Shown: piece by piece, positions 61,435-64,000 of the stretch | Layout of the letters: every line of letters starts with the position of its first letter | How positions within the stretch are numbered: position 1 is the stretch's first letter | Assembly: GCA_965237525.1 (NCBI GenBank) | Contig: CBDEFO010000003.1 | Span: 64,001 to 128,000, forward strand | From: Candidatus Latescibacterota bacterium | GTDB lineage: Bacteria > Latescibacterota > CBDEFO01 | Reading direction: 5' to 3' | DNA: 64,000 nucleotides | Position numbers and translations under genes: made by a program | The notes under the pieces: generated by a model | The model's input: only the letters and a program-made list of their open reading frames with translations | Databases searched by the model: none | Told to the model about the DNA's origin: nothing

Positions 61435-62109
61435 TTAACCCGGTCTCAAGACACACCTAAACCCTATAGTATCGAGCCAGAAGGCAGGATTAAGACTGTG
61501 ACGGTGATAGCACAGACAGTCGTCCTTGTAGCTTCCCCACGAGCTGCCCCTTAAGATATAGACGCCAGTTCCCGGCTCCTCTTCGCTTGAAGTCCATTCC
61601 AGAACATTTCCGATCATATCGTAACATCCGTACGGGCTAACGCCTTCTGGAAACTGATCTACTGGAGTAGTATCCCCTGTTCCACGCTCCCAGGTGTTGC
61701 ACTTGTACATGTCAAATTCATCACCCCAGGGATAAGTCCTTCCATCAGTTCCGCGCGCTGCCTTTTCCCATTCCTCCTCAGTGGGAAGTTCTTTGCCAGC
61801 CCAATCGGCGTAAGCCGAGGCGTCCTCCCATCTGATGTGCGTGACCGGATGATTTTCCCTTTGGCTTGGATATGCCCCCCCTTCCCAATTGTCAGGCGCA
61901 GGGTGCCCGGTGAAGTCAACGAATTTCCTATACTTCAGGTTTATCACGGGATACTTATCTACATAAAAAACGCATTCTATATTTAACCCCTTCTTATCCT
62001 TGCCATAGAAGAACGCTCCCGAAGAAACCAAGACCATCTCCGCCTCATCTACAGAGGAAAATATCCTTTCAGGAGTCTCTTTTTCGCGGGACATCCTGTA
62101 ATCCTTCAT
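61435..62109 (-). CDS. Formylglycine-generating-enzyme (SUMF1) family protein
   Basis: HPVT, LPTEEEWEKAARG, DMIGNVLEW, GFRC. Confidence 0.9.
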   Translation of the reverse strand: MKDYRMSREKETPERIFSSVDEAEMVLVSSGAFFYGKDKKGLNIECVFYVDKYPVINLKYRKFVDFTGHPAPDNWEGGAYPSQRENHPVTHIRWEDASAYADWAGKELPTEEEWEKAARGTDGRTYPWGDEFDMYKCNTWERGTGDTTPVDQFPEGVSPYGCYDMIGNVLEWTSSEEEPGTGVYILRGSSWGSYKDDCLCYHRHSLNPAFWLDTIGFRCVLRPG

Positions 62110-62288
62110 CTTAATCTAACAATCCGCTCTTCTTCTCAATCTTGCTCTACTGGCAGATGATTGCAAATAACCGAACCTAAAGGAAAATCTCCAGGATATC
62201 GAAGTGGTGTCAAATCTGTGCGGGATCGAGATTGATCTGATGCAGTAGCGCGGGAGGAATTGAAAAGGGATAGAGGCTAGGTAGCCCC

Positions 62289-64000
62289 TCAAAGCAAATT
62301 ACAATCTTTAACAATTGATGACACTTCCTGCTGAGAAAGACCTTCACACCGCAGTGTGAATGTACCACCCAAGTCAGTAGCAAAGCGAGACGGCGCGTTC
62401 CGTACAAGCTTGCCGTACGTGAATCGGCTACGTGCGTAACTCAAGATGCACGCGGCCCTAGCTCGCGACAACGACATGTAAACCAACCTTGCAGCTTCAA
62501 GAACAAGGCCAGGATATGGTCGCCTCCATTTGCCGGGACAAATTTCCTCCTCAAGACCAGGGATAAAGACAACCTGTGCAGACAGTCCCTTTGCACTGTG
62601 CATCGTCATTATCTGAACCCGCTGGGGATGAACCCCTTCATCTGGTGGAGACTGGCCGAGCCGTTGGTAGACAGTATTCAGAACCTCCGCTTTTTGTTCA
62701 GCAGTATCAGCCCATAGATAGTCTCGTATTTCCTCCAACGTAGTATCTCTTGGCAAATGAGACGTGTTTTCCATCCAACTCTGTCGGGCGACATCTCCCA
62801 AGATTCCGCCAAGAAGGTTTTCTATATCGTCACTGCGTTGAGCCAAACTTTCGTTTGGTTGCCATTCTGATAGCTCCGCTAAAGCGTTCCGAGCAGCTTC
62901 GAGAGCTTTAAGTTCCCGTCCCTGAAATACATCGGCTGGCAAGGGTCGGAAGAACATATCTCTGAAATTAAGATTGTTATGCATGACGGCAGCAGCGATT
63001 TTATGGCAGGTACCAGGGCCTACACCTGGGTGAAGTCCAAGCACTATCCGATGGGCCACATAATCATTTTCCTTGCAAATAATTCGCAGACACGCAAGTG
63101 CTAATCTGCCTTCCGGTGAGTTGATGTAGCCATCGGACTTGTATTCGTATAGAATTTCAGCTTTATCAAGAGCTCCTGTCAGTTCCCGTCCTATCACTTT
63201 TGTATCACTGGCAAGGATGATGATTTCACTTGAGGGAATTCCTGCTTGGATAAGGTCACAGCAGGATTCTGCGATGGCACGGGCTTCCGCGGCTCCGCTG
63301 GGAAAAATCCATCGGTAGACTCGTCCTTGCAACGGAGGCTCTGCGGATACGTAAAGGGATTTCAACATCTTAGGAATCCGTTTGGGAAGCGGATGCGCTT
63401 CGATAACTGATCTTGCGGGGTCAAGAATATCAGGCGTGCATCTGAAGCAATCTTTGAGGACGTGTTTGCCAGCATTGGGATATTTCTCTGTAAAACTTTG
63501 TATGCCCTCAGGGAACGCAGAGCGGAAAGAGTAGATGCTCTGGTCATCATCCCCGGCCACGAAGGTAATAACTCTGTTCTGGATAAACTGATCGACGAAC
63601 TCCAAGTCACAAGGGTTCAAATCCTGAAACTCGTCAACTATTAGGTGTTCTGTGCGAAGTTGGTTTACCGGATCGAGCGTTCCGGCGCGAATGTGCTTTA
63701 CACACTGACGAACAATTTCACCGGGTAATACGCAGGAGTAAACCTGTGTCCTATGTCCGTGAAACTCATTGAAACATGTCAGTTCATCTTCGGTAATTGG
63801 CGGATCAGGAGGGATATAGTTTGGAGGTATCCGTTTCCCCGTGCTCCAGAATGCCTCATGCGCCTTTCTGATCTCTTTGCATCTACCGAGGCGAAAACCG
63901 GAATTCTGAGCAAACTCCGAATCAAAGATTTCCTCAAGTTCCCATTTATCCATCACCATCGGATCAGTTGGGTAAGCGCTCAGCATGCTAGCCGATTGCA
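62289..64000 (-). CDS. UvrD/Rep-like SF1 helicase (5' end outside window)
   Basis: VDEFQD, GDDDQSIY.FR, MTMHSAKGL, YMSLSRA; Walker A not inside the window. Confidence 0.88.
   Translation of the reverse strand, partial: QSASMLSAYPTDPMVMDKWELEEIFDSEFAQNSGFRLGRCKEIRKAHEAFWSTGKRIPPNYIPPDPPITEDELTCFNEFHGHRTQVYSCVLPGEIVRQCVKHIRAGTLDPVNQLRTEHLIVDEFQDLNPCDLEFVDQFIQNRVITFVAGDDDQSIYSFRSAFPEGIQSFTEKYPNAGKHVLKDCFRCTPDILDPARSVIEAHPLPKRIPKMLKSLYVSAEPPLQGRVYRWIFPSGAAEARAIAESCCDLIQAGIPSSEIIILASDTKVIGRELTGALDKAEILYEYKSDGYINSPEGRLALACLRIICKENDYVAHRIVLGLHPGVGPGTCHKIAAAVMHNNLNFRDMFFRPLPADVFQGRELKALEAARNALAELSEWQPNESLAQRSDDIENLLGGILGDVARQSWMENTSHLPRDTTLEEIRDYLWADTAEQKAEVLNTVYQRLGQSPPDEGVHPQRVQIMTMHSAKGLSAQVVFIPGLEEEICPGKWRRPYPGLVLEAARLVYMSLSRARAACILSYARSRFTYGKLVRNAPSRFATDLGGTFTLRCEGLSQQEVSSIVKDCNLL

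Noticed and set aside
62289..64000. Gabija or other defence system
   Set aside because: Only the helicase is visible; any partner nuclease would lie outside the window.

Overview
Bacterial (diderm: lipid A acyltransferase, outer-membrane barrels) chromosomal window, probably from an uncultured lineage; the taxon cannot be fixed from the sequence. It starts with a tRNA-Ala 3' fragment (att-like) and several gene relics. Next come a CsoR-family heavy-metal operon with an unannotated MerT-like gene carrying an in-frame UGA plus a SECIS-like hairpin (candidate selenoprotein), a GC-rich CoA-ligase/CitE-lyase cassette, and an ABC transporter/DUF1854 pair. At 14.2-16.5 kb a consensus sigma-54 promoter precedes a tandem array of 186-bp units, each encoding a 31-aa hydrophobic peptide; the divergent fourth copy is interrupted by an IS. 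A housekeeping run follows (tpiA, coaE, lipid A acyltransferase, hflKC, recG relic, amidase). The window also holds three near-identical IS1182-family copies, a cadC/cadA-like pair, polyol and RuMP (hxlAB) genes, actP, a GH57/galT glucan cluster, two CNNM/CBS proteins, a Cyc2-like porin-cytochrome operon, amrBA, a FadL-like barrel, oxidoreductases, an FGE-family protein and a UvrD-like helicase cut by the window edge. A family of 15/19-bp palindromes (CCCGAT..ATCGGG) is scattered throughout, including in-frame inside genes. Several single-base frameshifts could be sequencing errors. All calls are from reading the sequence by eye; no database search was run.
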